Positions 21,080-29,532 of a stretch of 64,000 nucleotides of DNA are shown here, in pieces; the first letter of the stretch is position 1; every line of letters begins with the position of its first letter. Origin of the DNA: Giardia intestinalis (lineage: Eukaryota); NCBI GenBank assembly GCA_000002435.2, contig CM018793.1; one strand, written 5' to 3'. Under the pieces are notes generated by a model. The model made no database searches, had not been told where the DNA came from, and saw only the letters and a program-made list of their open reading frames with translations. A program made the position numbers and the translations under genes.

Positions 21080-21126
21080 TAAAATTAAATTGAATTCTTG
21101 CAAGCGAAAAGCGGCTCAGGCGAGCT

Positions 21127-21411
21127 ATGGCCAAGAGGACTAAAAAGGTTGGTCTCACCGGGAAGTACGGCACTCGCTATGGGAGGGCTGCCCGCAAGCA
21201 GCTCCTCAAGATAGAGACCAGCCAGAAGGCGAAGTACACATGCCCTTTCTGCGCCAAGGACAAGGTGCGTAGGACGGCCTGCGGGATCTGGACCTGCAGG
21301 TCCTGCTCCAAGACGATGGCCGGCGGCGCGTACAGCCTCCACACAGAGCCTGCCAACGCAGCCAGGGCCACGATCCGCCGCCTCCGTCTGGCCCGTGAAG
21401 ACGCACAGTAA
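21127..21411 (+). CDS. RPL37A: 60S ribosomal protein L37a (eL43)
   Basis: [19 protein letters not shown]...CPFC...CRSC C4 zinc ribbon typical of eL43; 94 aa; AGTAAAC poly(A) motif directly after the TAA stop. Confidence 0.95.
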   Translation: MAKRTKKVGLTGKYGTRYGRAARKQLLKIETSQKAKYTCPFCAKDKVRRTACGIWTCRSCSKTMAGGAYSLHTEPANAARATIRRLRLAREDAQ

Positions 21412-21418
21412 AGTAAAC
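21412..21418 (+). terminator. Giardia-type polyadenylation signal AGTAAAC after RPL37A stop
   Basis: AGTRAAY consensus 1 nt after TAA. Confidence 0.6.
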
Positions 21419-21463
21419 AGAGTGGACCTGGCACTGCGGTTTGCAACTGTCTGCATAGCTCGT

Positions 21464-22033
21464 TTACTCGTCCTCGAGCCAGTTGCTGTCCCGGATGAAG
21501 GTCAACATCTCGAGCACAAGGGAGTCCGTACTGTGGATGCTTGCGTAGAGGAGGCGGTCCATGAGGGATGGAGGCTTCTCCACAAGAAGCACCTGAGACC
21601 GCCTGCCACGCTCGACCATCCTTTGGGTATACCCCTGCTTGAAGCGGTTTGTCTCTGGAGGACTCGTGTATGCCCCAGATTCTCGGAGGCGTCGTCGTGC
21701 ATCCTCGCGCTCCTGCTTGTTACGCGCCGTAGGATAGTTTCTTTTGCGCTCACTAGTCCATGTTTCACCTCCCTCTCGCTGCTGTGGGGTCAGGCGCCGC
21801 ACGGTCGCCGGTATGAGCTCGCTAGACATTTAATCCACTAATTTTGCTGCGTGCTCAAGCCTCCTGTTATACAGTTCCATCAGGGTGTCGTACTCCGAGT
21901 CTGCAAAAGGGTCGGTGTCTGGCACTGCTTGCGGGGGCTGCATCTGTGCAGGCGCAGGTGGGGCAGGTATATATTTCTGGCATCCATCGACCATGTAACA
22001 CAGCGGCTCGAAGGAGGCAGTCGGCCGATCCAT
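21464..22033 (-). CDS. hypothetical small basic protein gene interrupted by one in-frame TAA (ORFs 21833-22033, 67 aa, and 21464-21829, 121 aa, same frame)
   Basis: Upstream ORF begins at ATG 22031-22033 behind an AT-rich tract; TAA at 21830-21832 is followed directly by ATG 21827-21829 in the same frame; both parts GC3-rich and protein-like; combined 189 codons. Confidence 0.45.
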
Positions 22034-22045
22034 AGAAAATTAAAG
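22034..22045. promoter_or_regulatory. 12-bp AT-rich bidirectional promoter/initiator (agaaaattaaag) between divergent ATGs
   Basis: Minus ATG ends at 22033, plus ATG begins at 22046; only AT-rich 12-mer between them. Confidence 0.5.
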
Positions 22046-22429
22046 ATGCACGTTGAGGTTAGGGTCGGACAACCCGTGCCCGCCAGCCTCCAGAGTGCTT
22101 TCGATATTCAGATACGGCCCGCCCCAAACCTGGGCCTGGCAGTAGAGCAGGCGGCCGAGATCCAAAGCTTCCTGGAGTCTGCTCTCCCGCCGTGCGTGGC
22201 CATGGAAGAGCTGCGAGGATTCCAGACGGCGATTACCGTCTACATTATGCTCGTAGACGACGCCTCTACGGATGCGTTCGCAAACCTCCTGGGAAGCGTG
22301 CTGCGCGCACTCGAGCGGGCAGGAGTCCCCGTCCTGGGCATCCCCGTCGCGCAGCCGCTCTGGGGGTCCTTCACAGCCCTGACGCTCCCCGGCACAGACC
22401 TAGTCGTCAGTGTCCAGCGCGGGAAGTGA
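22046..22429 (+). CDS. hypothetical protein (127 aa)
   Basis: ATG behind aaaattaaagATG; protein-like composition (MHVEVRVGQPVPASLQSAFDIQIRPAPNLG...); ORF-track N-terminal extension from 21851 would overlap the divergent gene and is rejected. Confidence 0.5.
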   Translation: MHVEVRVGQPVPASLQSAFDIQIRPAPNLGLAVEQAAEIQSFLESALPPCVAMEELRGFQTAITVYIMLVDDASTDAFANLLGSVLRALERAGVPVLGIPVAQPLWGSFTALTLPGTDLVVSVQRGK

Positions 22430-22457
22430 ACTGCAGGGCTTGTTTACTGGGCGGGGC

Positions 22458-22637
22458 TTAGAGCTCGAGGGCTCCCTCCGGGCAGGCGGACACGCAGGCG
22501 CCGCACTCGACGCAGGCGTCGATGTTCGGGGTCAGGACCACCTTGGCGCCTTGGGGAAGCTCGAAGACAGAGACGGGGCACGCGTCGACGCAGGCGCCGG
22601 CGGCAGAGCACTTGGAGGCAGTGAGCTTGATGGGCAT
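22458..22637 (-). CDS. bacterial-type ferredoxin, 7Fe-like ([3Fe-4S] CxxAxxCxxxCP + [4Fe-4S] CxxCxxCxxxCP), 59 aa
   Basis: MPIKLTASKCSAAGACVDACP...CVECGACVSACPEGALEL; ATG behind AAAATG; AGTAAAC poly(A) motif (22442-22448, minus) 10 nt after the stop. Confidence 0.85.
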   Translation of the reverse strand: MPIKLTASKCSAAGACVDACPVSVFELPQGAKVVLTPNIDACVECGACVSACPEGALEL

Positions 22638-22805
22638 TTTAAAATCGCCATAAAAGTAAAAACTCCTTTTTGTGGCACCACAAATTTTAAGCACCCGGAC
22701 AGTTTGGCGATTTCGCAATATTGAGTGTATCGTGGGCCGGCTTTCATCATAGCCCATTAGGTACATAAAAACAGAGTTTTTACTTTTTGAACACGCTTTA
22801 TACTC

Positions 22806-23243
22806 ATGCGCGGAGTCCTCTCTGCTCTCCCCAGCACTTTCCACAGCCACTTTGTCCCACCATCCGTGGCACCGCTTCCTAGTGCTGGGCCTAAAAGTGC
22901 CTCGGAACCTTCTCTCCCCCTCGTTGGAGACCACCTGCATACTCTCGAACCATATGCACAGCAGCTCACAGCACAACAACAGAAGCGTCCTCGGTTCCGG
23001 CTGCTGGTGGCAAAGCTTCCCCGGGGAACGAGCCCTCTCCAGCTAACAACACCACTAGAGCAGGCCTTTCCATGTAGTGTGGATAATATTACACTACCCT
23101 CCAGTAAGCACGGAAAGCGCCCAAGGAATTTTGCCATAATCGACTTGCACTACAGAATCGATCTCTCTAAAGCTCAAGAGGTTTATAGACAGGCCAATCT
23201 AACCATTAAGATGAAGGCTGTGGACGTCAAGGAATCTGTGTAA
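22806..23243 (+). CDS. small RNA-binding protein with RRM-like domain
   Basis: RNP2-like LLVAKLP and RNP1-like RNFAIIDL in the correct spacing; the antisense ORF 22757-23137 is compositionally junk. Confidence 0.5.
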   Translation: MRGVLSALPSTFHSHFVPPSVAPLPSAGPKSASEPSLPLVGDHLHTLEPYAQQLTAQQQKRPRFRLLVAKLPRGTSPLQLTTPLEQAFPCSVDNITLPSSKHGKRPRNFAIIDLHYRIDLSKAQEVYRQANLTIKMKAVDVKESV

Positions 23244-24794
23244 TTCCTTTAGCTTTTGATCAACGCTCATTAAGTCGGCGTCCCCAGCATAGCTCCCGAA
23301 GCTATAGTCATACGTTAGTGATTGTTCCAACAAGGCGTTGACCTTGTCCAGAATCTGCCCCTCCGGCTTATCTGTAGTGACTGTGGGGCTGCTCAGCACC
23401 AACCCCGGCTCATCTGTATGATAGCTATCCCCATTGTTCTCGTCATTGTCGTGCACGCGCAGGATTGCTGGGGTTTCTCTCACGTCAATCCCATCTTTCT
23501 CTCGTGCAGTGGCGTACATTGACTGCAATTCTGTGCTCATCACCTCTGGGATCTCGCTAGAGATGATCAAGTCGCAGATTTTCAATATCTTCTGCTCATC
23601 TGTGCAGCCATCGTTAGAGTTGATGACGTTCTTGGATATCTCGATAATCAGGTCTATCATTTTCTGACACTTGGGGGCCATGTCCTTCAACAGGGCTGTC
23701 ATGGAATCAATTTCATTTCCAAATTTAGCGTTCAAGCTTGCGTTTTCTGCCTCCAAAGCGCCGATTTTCTCTGCTTGCTCATCTACCTTAGACCTTTCTT
23801 CCAAGATCTGCCCATTGATCCATGTGAGCTCATCATTTAAGCGATTGATCTCTGCTTTTAATTTATCTCTTTCCTTATATAGGCCTATACACGTTTGACA
23901 GGTGGCGTCTAGAGTCTTGCTGCCCTCGCCAAAATCGGTGTTCAACACTATTCTTTCAACCAAGCTGCTGATGGTCTGGCTCTTGTCTAGCCCGACACCA
24001 TAGGACGGTGCCCCACTGCCACTGGCATCCAATTGCTCCACATCGAGCGCGCTTGATATGATATCCTGGTGGTCTGCTGGAACCGGCGTCAGCGGTGATG
24101 TTTGAATGCTCTTGTCACCGCCTTCTGTGCTCACGGGACCAGAATAGGCAGTCTTTGCTTTCAGAGAAAGAGATGCGGAGTCGTGCTCTTCCTTCCAACG
24201 AAGCAGTTCTTCATACTTGTCCCTCAGTTGGCCATGCTCGACAAGGAAGTCGTTCTGAACGGCTTGTAAACTATTATTCAACTGCACGGCGGTAGCATTC
24301 TCCTCCAGTAGCTTGTGAACCTTGTCCTCTAAGTGATCCTTTCTCTCGGTTAGTTGCCGGATTTCTGTTAAAAGAAGTTCATTGCTATTTTTCTGTCTGT
24401 GCATCTCCAGCAGCTGGGCTCTCAGATGCTTCACTTCCTCTTGCCTCTCTGCTAGCGCATCCCTTGCAATTTTAGTGGCATTAGTAATTTCAGTTATAAG
24501 TTGCTTGCACGTAGCGTTCTTGACGCGAAGCTGCTGATTTTCAATCTCAAGATTTGCTATTTGCTTTCTTTCCTTGCAGCCGTTTAGAATGGCAAATAAC
24601 ACACGTTCATCCACTTTCAAATCAGATGCTCGTGCCTTAAGGGCCATTTTCAGTCTGACAATGTACTCTTCTTGGAATTTAAGCTCTCTAGTCTGCTCAG
24701 CTGCAGCCTGCTGTACCTTGAGGAGGTCTGTCTTCAAGGACGAAATCTGTGCTTCTTTTGCCACGATGTCCTTGCGCAGTGCCTGGACGTCCAT
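23199..24794 (-). CDS. coiled-coil protein (531 aa), hypothetical
   Basis: Heptad-rich throughout (LKVQQAAAEQTRELKFQEEYIVRLKMALK...); ATG behind CCAAGAAAATG; 3' end overlaps the convergent RRM gene by 45 bp. Confidence 0.7.
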   Translation of the reverse strand: MDVQALRKDIVAKEAQISSLKTDLLKVQQAAAEQTRELKFQEEYIVRLKMALKARASDLKVDERVLFAILNGCKERKQIANLEIENQQLRVKNATCKQLITEITNATKIARDALAERQEEVKHLRAQLLEMHRQKNSNELLLTEIRQLTERKDHLEDKVHKLLEENATAVQLNNSLQAVQNDFLVEHGQLRDKYEELLRWKEEHDSASLSLKAKTAYSGPVSTEGGDKSIQTSPLTPVPADHQDIISSALDVEQLDASGSGAPSYGVGLDKSQTISSLVERIVLNTDFGEGSKTLDATCQTCIGLYKERDKLKAEINRLNDELTWINGQILEERSKVDEQAEKIGALEAENASLNAKFGNEIDSMTALLKDMAPKCQKMIDLIIEISKNVINSNDGCTDEQKILKICDLIISSEIPEVMSTELQSMYATAREKDGIDVRETPAILRVHDNDENNGDSYHTDEPGLVLSSPTVTTDKPEGQILDKVNALLEQSLTYDYSFGSYAGDADLMSVDQKLKELHRFLDVHSLHLNG

Positions 24795-24858
24795 TTTCTT
24801 GGTGAAGAAAGAGTAAAGCCGAGTTTTTTACTAGAGTGCAATCTTACTACAAAAGCAG

Positions 24859-25230
24859 CTAGACGAGTATGATGTCTGTAGGGTCATCTGGGCGCTTGCA
24901 TCGCTGCCAGAAGCCTATCACTGATGTTGTAAGCACGAAGGTAGTCGCAATTGCCCCCATGGCGGCAACTAGAGTGTCTCTGCTAAAAACAGGCCCTGTC
25001 CACTTCACATTTAGTAAGTCAGGCACTTGGTACACAGTGGCGAATGGGACATCTACACATTTCTTTTCATTTCCATACAAAGGCAGGCAGTACTGCGTGC
25101 GGGTTGGAATCACAAGAGGCACGAACGTGTCCCAACAATAGTGTTCACCAGTGTAGTCAACCACGGGCACTCCAGTCCCGCAGGATTCGCAGTTTACACA
25201 GGCAACCAAAAGGAGTAGGCAGCCAAACAT
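24859..25230 (-). CDS. small Cys-rich secreted/type-I membrane protein (123 aa)
   Basis: N-terminal signal-like MFGCLLLLVACVNC, several Cys, C-terminal TM AAMGAIATTFVLTTSVIGFW followed by basic stop-transfer. Confidence 0.5.
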   Translation of the reverse strand: MFGCLLLLVACVNCESCGTGVPVVDYTGEHYCWDTFVPLVIPTRTQYCLPLYGNEKKCVDVPFATVYQVPDLLNVKWTGPVFSRDTLVAAMGAIATTFVLTTSVIGFWQRCKRPDDPTDIILV

Positions 25231-25344
25231 TCTCGACGCTCAGAAGGTTCTAAAATGGCCCCAAAATGCTTTATTTAGCTCATCGGCTGAAACGGTAAAC
25301 AAGTGAAGCTAGTACACAAATACAGCTTACATGCCGAAGCGCCA

Positions 25345-27084
25345 CTAGAACTCAAAGTCGCCAAATTCATCCTCCTGTATATTTTCATAGTTAAACCCGG
25401 CAATTGGCTGAGTGTCGTTGCTAATGGTGACTCCGAGGCTTAGATCACCGTAGTTATCAAGAGTATAGTCGCCCTGCGAAGGCTGGGCTTGCTGCGCGGG
25501 CTTAGTGCGCTCCAGCACGATTCCAGAGACAAAGTCGCCACCGGCCATGAACTCCGAGTTGAGACTGGGATGTGGTCTCGTTGAGATTGCGTCATCCGTA
25601 GCAGCGTGGATGCTGCTGATGTCTTTAATATCGTTTAGCTCTGATGCGGCATTGGTTAAAATGCTTGTTGTTCCCTCTGGCATGCCAATCAGCCGTGCTG
25701 CCGCTTTCCCCGCCACCAGGGCCGAGTCCACAGCAGCGCTTTCTCCCATTGCACTGAGGTTGCTGTCGCCAGTCAAGATAGAGTCGGCACTCGGCCCAGG
25801 CTTCTGAACCATTGAACCAGGACCAAACCCAGAGTGAATCGTGCTATCTGCGGGTGTGATGGTGCTGTCGTACGCCTGCATATCTCGGCCTACTGCGTCC
25901 AGCAAGTTTAGTGTGGCTTGGCGGGTTGGTCCGCCCGTTGATTCGGTGATCGCGCTGCTTAACGACTCAGTATAGCCAGAGCCCGCCTTACTGAGGGTAT
26001 CGTCCTGCTGGAGTTTTGCTAACGACTTTATCCCTCTACTAGAAGAGCTGCCAGATGCAGATACATCGCTGTCCTCAACTAGAAGGGCGCTTTGAAGATA
26101 TGCATGACTGCTGTTGTCATACATACACGGATCAGGAACAACGAGCTCGGTCACAAGATGCTCGCTGTGTGCAGCTGACTCTGCATTCTCCTGCGCCTTC
26201 GTAGGAGACATAGTCAGATCTCTATTAAGCTTCCCCTGGATCTCAGCGGCTCTACGGGCATGCGCAGCTGTGTCGGGCGAAAGCATGGAATTTCGCGCCA
26301 AACTTCTATCTGCATATTTGAACGAGAAGTCAGTCATCCTGCTGGGGCTTTGCCTACTGCTTGAGGTTTCGTCTGGACCAAGGGAAACCCCCGGGGCCAT
26401 GCTGGCGTTCGAGATGGTGAGATTGGCTTCCTGAGACTGATCATCTCCAAATGGATTATCTTGCTTGAGAGTGAACGCAGACCCCTTTACCGGCTGAGTC
26501 GGGATAATTTTCTCACAGTCATCGTGGCGCCTAGGTGAGGCGGTGTTTCGGGCGGGGCTCGTGTACTCAGAAATAGGCTCCATGCTCATATCGGAGAATG
26601 CAGCACCAATATCGGAATGGCCTGGAGAGTGCGTGCCGGGAGAAGACATAAATTCATAACTGTCCACCTCTGGCAAATCACTAAACGGTCTTCCAGATTC
26701 TAATTCAAGGACCTTCAAGGTGTTCACCATTCCTTTGTCTGTGAGCCACTTCACCAGATATGCAAGGACCTTGAGATCCTCGTCACAAATAAAGTTCGCT
26801 GCCTGTAGCAGGGGATCTACCTCGTTCAGTTCCCGGTGATGAAGGATGCCCCAAACCTGTGCGTACATGAAGGCCTTAACCTTAGCTAGCACCCCAGCAG
26901 TGTCTAGCGCTGCAAAAACGCCGCGCTTAAGATCCGGGGACTCATCAAGACTCATTGGCTTTTTGGTCCTTGGGTTTTTGATTTCTTCAGGTTCTTCGGT
27001 TCCTTCGCTTAATGAGAGTGAGTGATCAACCCATCTGGTATGCGCGGTATTACAAGAGAACATGCAGAGAGAAATTCGCTCCAT
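25345..27084 (-). CDS. Ser-rich hypothetical protein (start 27084 or, more likely, internal ATG 26955)
   Basis: ATG at 27084 would overlap the upstream Rad51-like CDS by 76 bp; the ATG at 26953-26955 (MSLDESPDLKRG...) lies 54 bp after that gene's stop; ordered N-terminal domain then a long S/T/P-rich region. Confidence 0.6.
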   Translation of the reverse strand: MERISLCMFSCNTAHTRWVDHSLSLSEGTEEPEEIKNPRTKKPMSLDESPDLKRGVFAALDTAGVLAKVKAFMYAQVWGILHHRELNEVDPLLQAANFICDEDLKVLAYLVKWLTDKGMVNTLKVLELESGRPFSDLPEVDSYEFMSSPGTHSPGHSDIGAAFSDMSMEPISEYTSPARNTASPRRHDDCEKIIPTQPVKGSAFTLKQDNPFGDDQSQEANLTISNASMAPGVSLGPDETSSSRQSPSRMTDFSFKYADRSLARNSMLSPDTAAHARRAAEIQGKLNRDLTMSPTKAQENAESAAHSEHLVTELVVPDPCMYDNSSHAYLQSALLVEDSDVSASGSSSSRGIKSLAKLQQDDTLSKAGSGYTESLSSAITESTGGPTRQATLNLLDAVGRDMQAYDSTITPADSTIHSGFGPGSMVQKPGPSADSILTGDSNLSAMGESAAVDSALVAGKAAARLIGMPEGTTSILTNAASELNDIKDISSIHAATDDAISTRPHPSLNSEFMAGGDFVSGIVLERTKPAQQAQPSQGDYTLDNYGDLSLGVTISNDTQPIAGFNYENIQEDEFGDFEF

Positions 27085-28307
27085 AGAAGATGCAAGATTG
27101 TCTCCTTCTGGGTCAAGGCCAAGACGATCCTGGTAGAAACGTGAGAGCCCCAGCTGATCCCCAGGCTGGGTGTAACCAGTCTATTAGAGGACATTACCAC
27201 GTCGCGTGAAAACGTGCGGTCACTTTTGTAAGATATTTGCACGGTTTCTGGGAAGAGTAGAGAAGTGAACGGTACCACCATAGACTCCGAAATGAGAGTG
27301 GACTGAGAATCGTTAGGGTCACCATGGATTAGTAGCTGATTGCTAACTCTATCTTCTCCACAATCACTGACACCCGGGATTACTGGCGTATAGACATAGA
27401 GCTGATCAGTTGGAAGAGTGTTAGTAGGAAGCCGGGGAAGAGCATTGGGAATAGATTGCCCCGGGAACTGATGTCTTCTAGAATGCTGCTGTGCAGATGA
27501 GGCTAATTGAGGAGTTGCAATGTAATCTCCCACGTGATTAGTCAACAGCACGGCGAGGTTCTTCAAACACGCAATGTTGAGCAAAGCCTGTCCCATCTCA
27601 TACCCCGGATTATTGAGCTGAGACTCACTGGAGTTTGGCTTAGTGTAGAGAATGCGCAGGAAGCCAATACTGTCTACGCAGATAAGCTTCAATGCAGGAC
27701 ACTGTCTGCACAACTCCCAGACTTGGCCCGATGATTCAAAGAGCTTTACAAGGCCAGTAGGGGATAGTTCACGCAAGAAGTACAGTCTCTTCAGAACCAT
27801 CGTTGTATTCACTTGAGTGTCAGTGAGAAAGGGGGAAAGATAGGTCAGGAGATCAACGAGGGTGCTGAGGACGTCTTCTACCGATGTTACTATTAAGGCT
27901 ATGTAATGCTCCGTCGTCAAGAGCACCACGGAGATGACGTACAGCAGTATGCGCGTCTTACCCGTGCCAGATTCCCCTGCAATCTCAGTTATGTGCTGCT
28001 CTCGTATAACGTTTGCCAAGACCAGATCAAATGGTGACATAGTCTTTAGGTGCTTAAAGTTGGGAATAAACAAACTAGACTCCGGCCTTAACCCTGATCC
28101 TGCCGAGGCGAACAATCTAACAATGCCGCACGCATCACAGATTTTAGACTTAATTTCTTCAATCTCTCGGACTGATTTATTCTGTTTGACGGCCAATTCA
28201 TAGCTGTCAGAATTTAGAAAGTTTGCAATTGTGAGACCACCAAGCTTTGTCAAGAAAGATGCGCGTAGGGCCTCGCCAAAATCTAATTCATATTTGTGCC
28301 TATTCAT
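27009..28307 (-). CDS. RecA/Rad51-family paralog-like P-loop ATPase (XRCC3/Rad51C-like architecture)
   Basis: N-terminal HhH-like segment, ITEIAGESGTGKT Walker A, LICVDSIGF Walker B, LLTNHV (cf. INQVT) strand; ORF-track start 28322 is TTG, real ATG 28305-28307 behind TTATTAAAATG. Confidence 0.7.
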   Translation of the reverse strand: MNRHKYELDFGEALRASFLTKLGGLTIANFLNSDSYELAVKQNKSVREIEEIKSKICDACGIVRLFASAGSGLRPESSLFIPNFKHLKTMSPFDLVLANVIREQHITEIAGESGTGKTRILLYVISVVLLTTEHYIALIVTSVEDVLSTLVDLLTYLSPFLTDTQVNTTMVLKRLYFLRELSPTGLVKLFESSGQVWELCRQCPALKLICVDSIGFLRILYTKPNSSESQLNNPGYEMGQALLNIACLKNLAVLLTNHVGDYIATPQLASSAQQHSRRHQFPGQSIPNALPRLPTNTLPTDQLYVYTPVIPGVSDCGEDRVSNQLLIHGDPNDSQSTLISESMVVPFTSLLFPETVQISYKSDRTFSRDVVMSSNRLVTPSLGISWGSHVSTRIVLALTQKETILHLLWSEFLSACSLVIPRIPDGLITHSH

Positions 28308-28377
28308 TTTAATAAATGACAAGCTTTGTGTCGTCCTTTTAAGAATTAAAAAACACCCTCCCAGCGCTTACCCAGAT

Positions 28378-29505
28378 ATGGTAAACTTTGAGGATTGCTC
28401 GTTCAGCAATCCAGTCACAGTTTCGGCCAAGAAGAATACCTACCTACAAGATAAAGCCAAGATAGAGCTGTCCCTTTCTTGTAACTCTGACGGCACCCTG
28501 ACTCTAGAATCCAGGGGCAGGCAGCGAACCAAAATTTCTAAGGTAGTTGCAAGCAAGGTGGGATTCTTGAGGGCTGAAGGAAGTGACGCCAGCGGCGTCT
28601 TGCAGATTGCCACCCACTTGAAGATTATATTCACGGACAACAAAATCGTGGATAGCGGCTACGACCTCCTGTCCATTAAGTTTAATTTTGCAGGCTTCAC
28701 ACCAGACATTAATAACATGAAATACTTACTGAGCGTTCTGAAGGACTTGCCAACGGACAAATCTACTTTGCCGGGGAACCGGCAATCCACTTCCTCAGAC
28801 ATGACGACAGCCGCTGTAAACTCTGCGGTCACTAGATTGCCCTTGGCACAAGATCAGTCCATCTACACCTTCTTGATGGAGAGAAATGTGCAATGTGAAA
28901 CGCTCCCTTCTTGCACCATTATGGCTGCAGACGATGAGTCGGCCGGCTACGATGAGAGTTGTGAGATGAACGCACTGTATGTCGAGCTGGCCAATTATGA
29001 GCCGGTGCGATTGAGTGGAGCCAATTCCTCACAAAACGAAGGCTATCTCTGTGCAGATCCTGACCCAGATCTCAGTAACATAGGCTTTAGACTCATATTT
29101 CCCAAGGCTAGCATAGTAGAATGCGCACAAGGAGGTGACAGAGGTTCACTCACAAAAGCCGACAGTGATGAAGGAGAGAATCCTTGGCTTAAGCTGGTAA
29201 GACTCGCAGAGAATACTTCCTTCAAGGGAGCTCCAGAGTTAGTATCGGAGTCTGGCCCTATCTACCCTGATCTGGAGCAGGAGCCTAGCTCTCAAGAAGA
29301 AATGCCCGTTGAAGATGCATCCTTATCGACCTCCTTGCCCGTTAGTAATATGGTGAGGGCTAGCAAACCAAACACTCAAGCCACCTTCAGGCAAGAGTCT
29401 ATCAAGTCAACTGATGGTAACAATAGTGAGCAGCAGGAACCTGACAGAGCCTTGGTGTCCTACTTCTCGAGTGGTAAGAACTTACAATCCTTTTATAAAC
29501 ATTAG
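28378..29505 (+). CDS. hypothetical protein (about 375 aa)
   Basis: ORF-track start 28231 is GTG; first ATG 28378 (MVNFEDCSF...) lies 70 bp from the divergent Rad51-like ATG with AT-rich spacer. Confidence 0.5.
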   Translation: MVNFEDCSFSNPVTVSAKKNTYLQDKAKIELSLSCNSDGTLTLESRGRQRTKISKVVASKVGFLRAEGSDASGVLQIATHLKIIFTDNKIVDSGYDLLSIKFNFAGFTPDINNMKYLLSVLKDLPTDKSTLPGNRQSTSSDMTTAAVNSAVTRLPLAQDQSIYTFLMERNVQCETLPSCTIMAADDESAGYDESCEMNALYVELANYEPVRLSGANSSQNEGYLCADPDPDLSNIGFRLIFPKASIVECAQGGDRGSLTKADSDEGENPWLKLVRLAENTSFKGAPELVSESGPIYPDLEQEPSSQEEMPVEDASLSTSLPVSNMVRASKPNTQATFRQESIKSTDGNNSEQQEPDRALVSYFSSGKNLQSFYKH

Positions 29506-29532
29506 TACGAGGACTTTGGTCCGCACTAACCG

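Noticed and set aside
21395-21841. 148-aa plus-strand ORF antisense to the split small gene, and the N-terminal extension (21851-22045) of the 192-aa plus ORF
   Set aside because: L/R/C-rich junk composition; both would overlap the better-supported minus-strand gene and its 12-bp promoter; the plus gene is taken to start at ATG 22046.
21464-22033. Assignment of the split small gene to the Cwc15 splicing-factor family
   Set aside because: Only an N-terminal RPTxFEP-like string matches; the conserved Cwc15 C-terminal RWDDDVVFKN motif is absent.
22757-23137. 126-aa minus-strand ORF overlapping the RRM-like gene
   Set aside because: Cys/Arg/Gly-rich nonsense composition, typical of an antisense frame in a GC3-rich gene.
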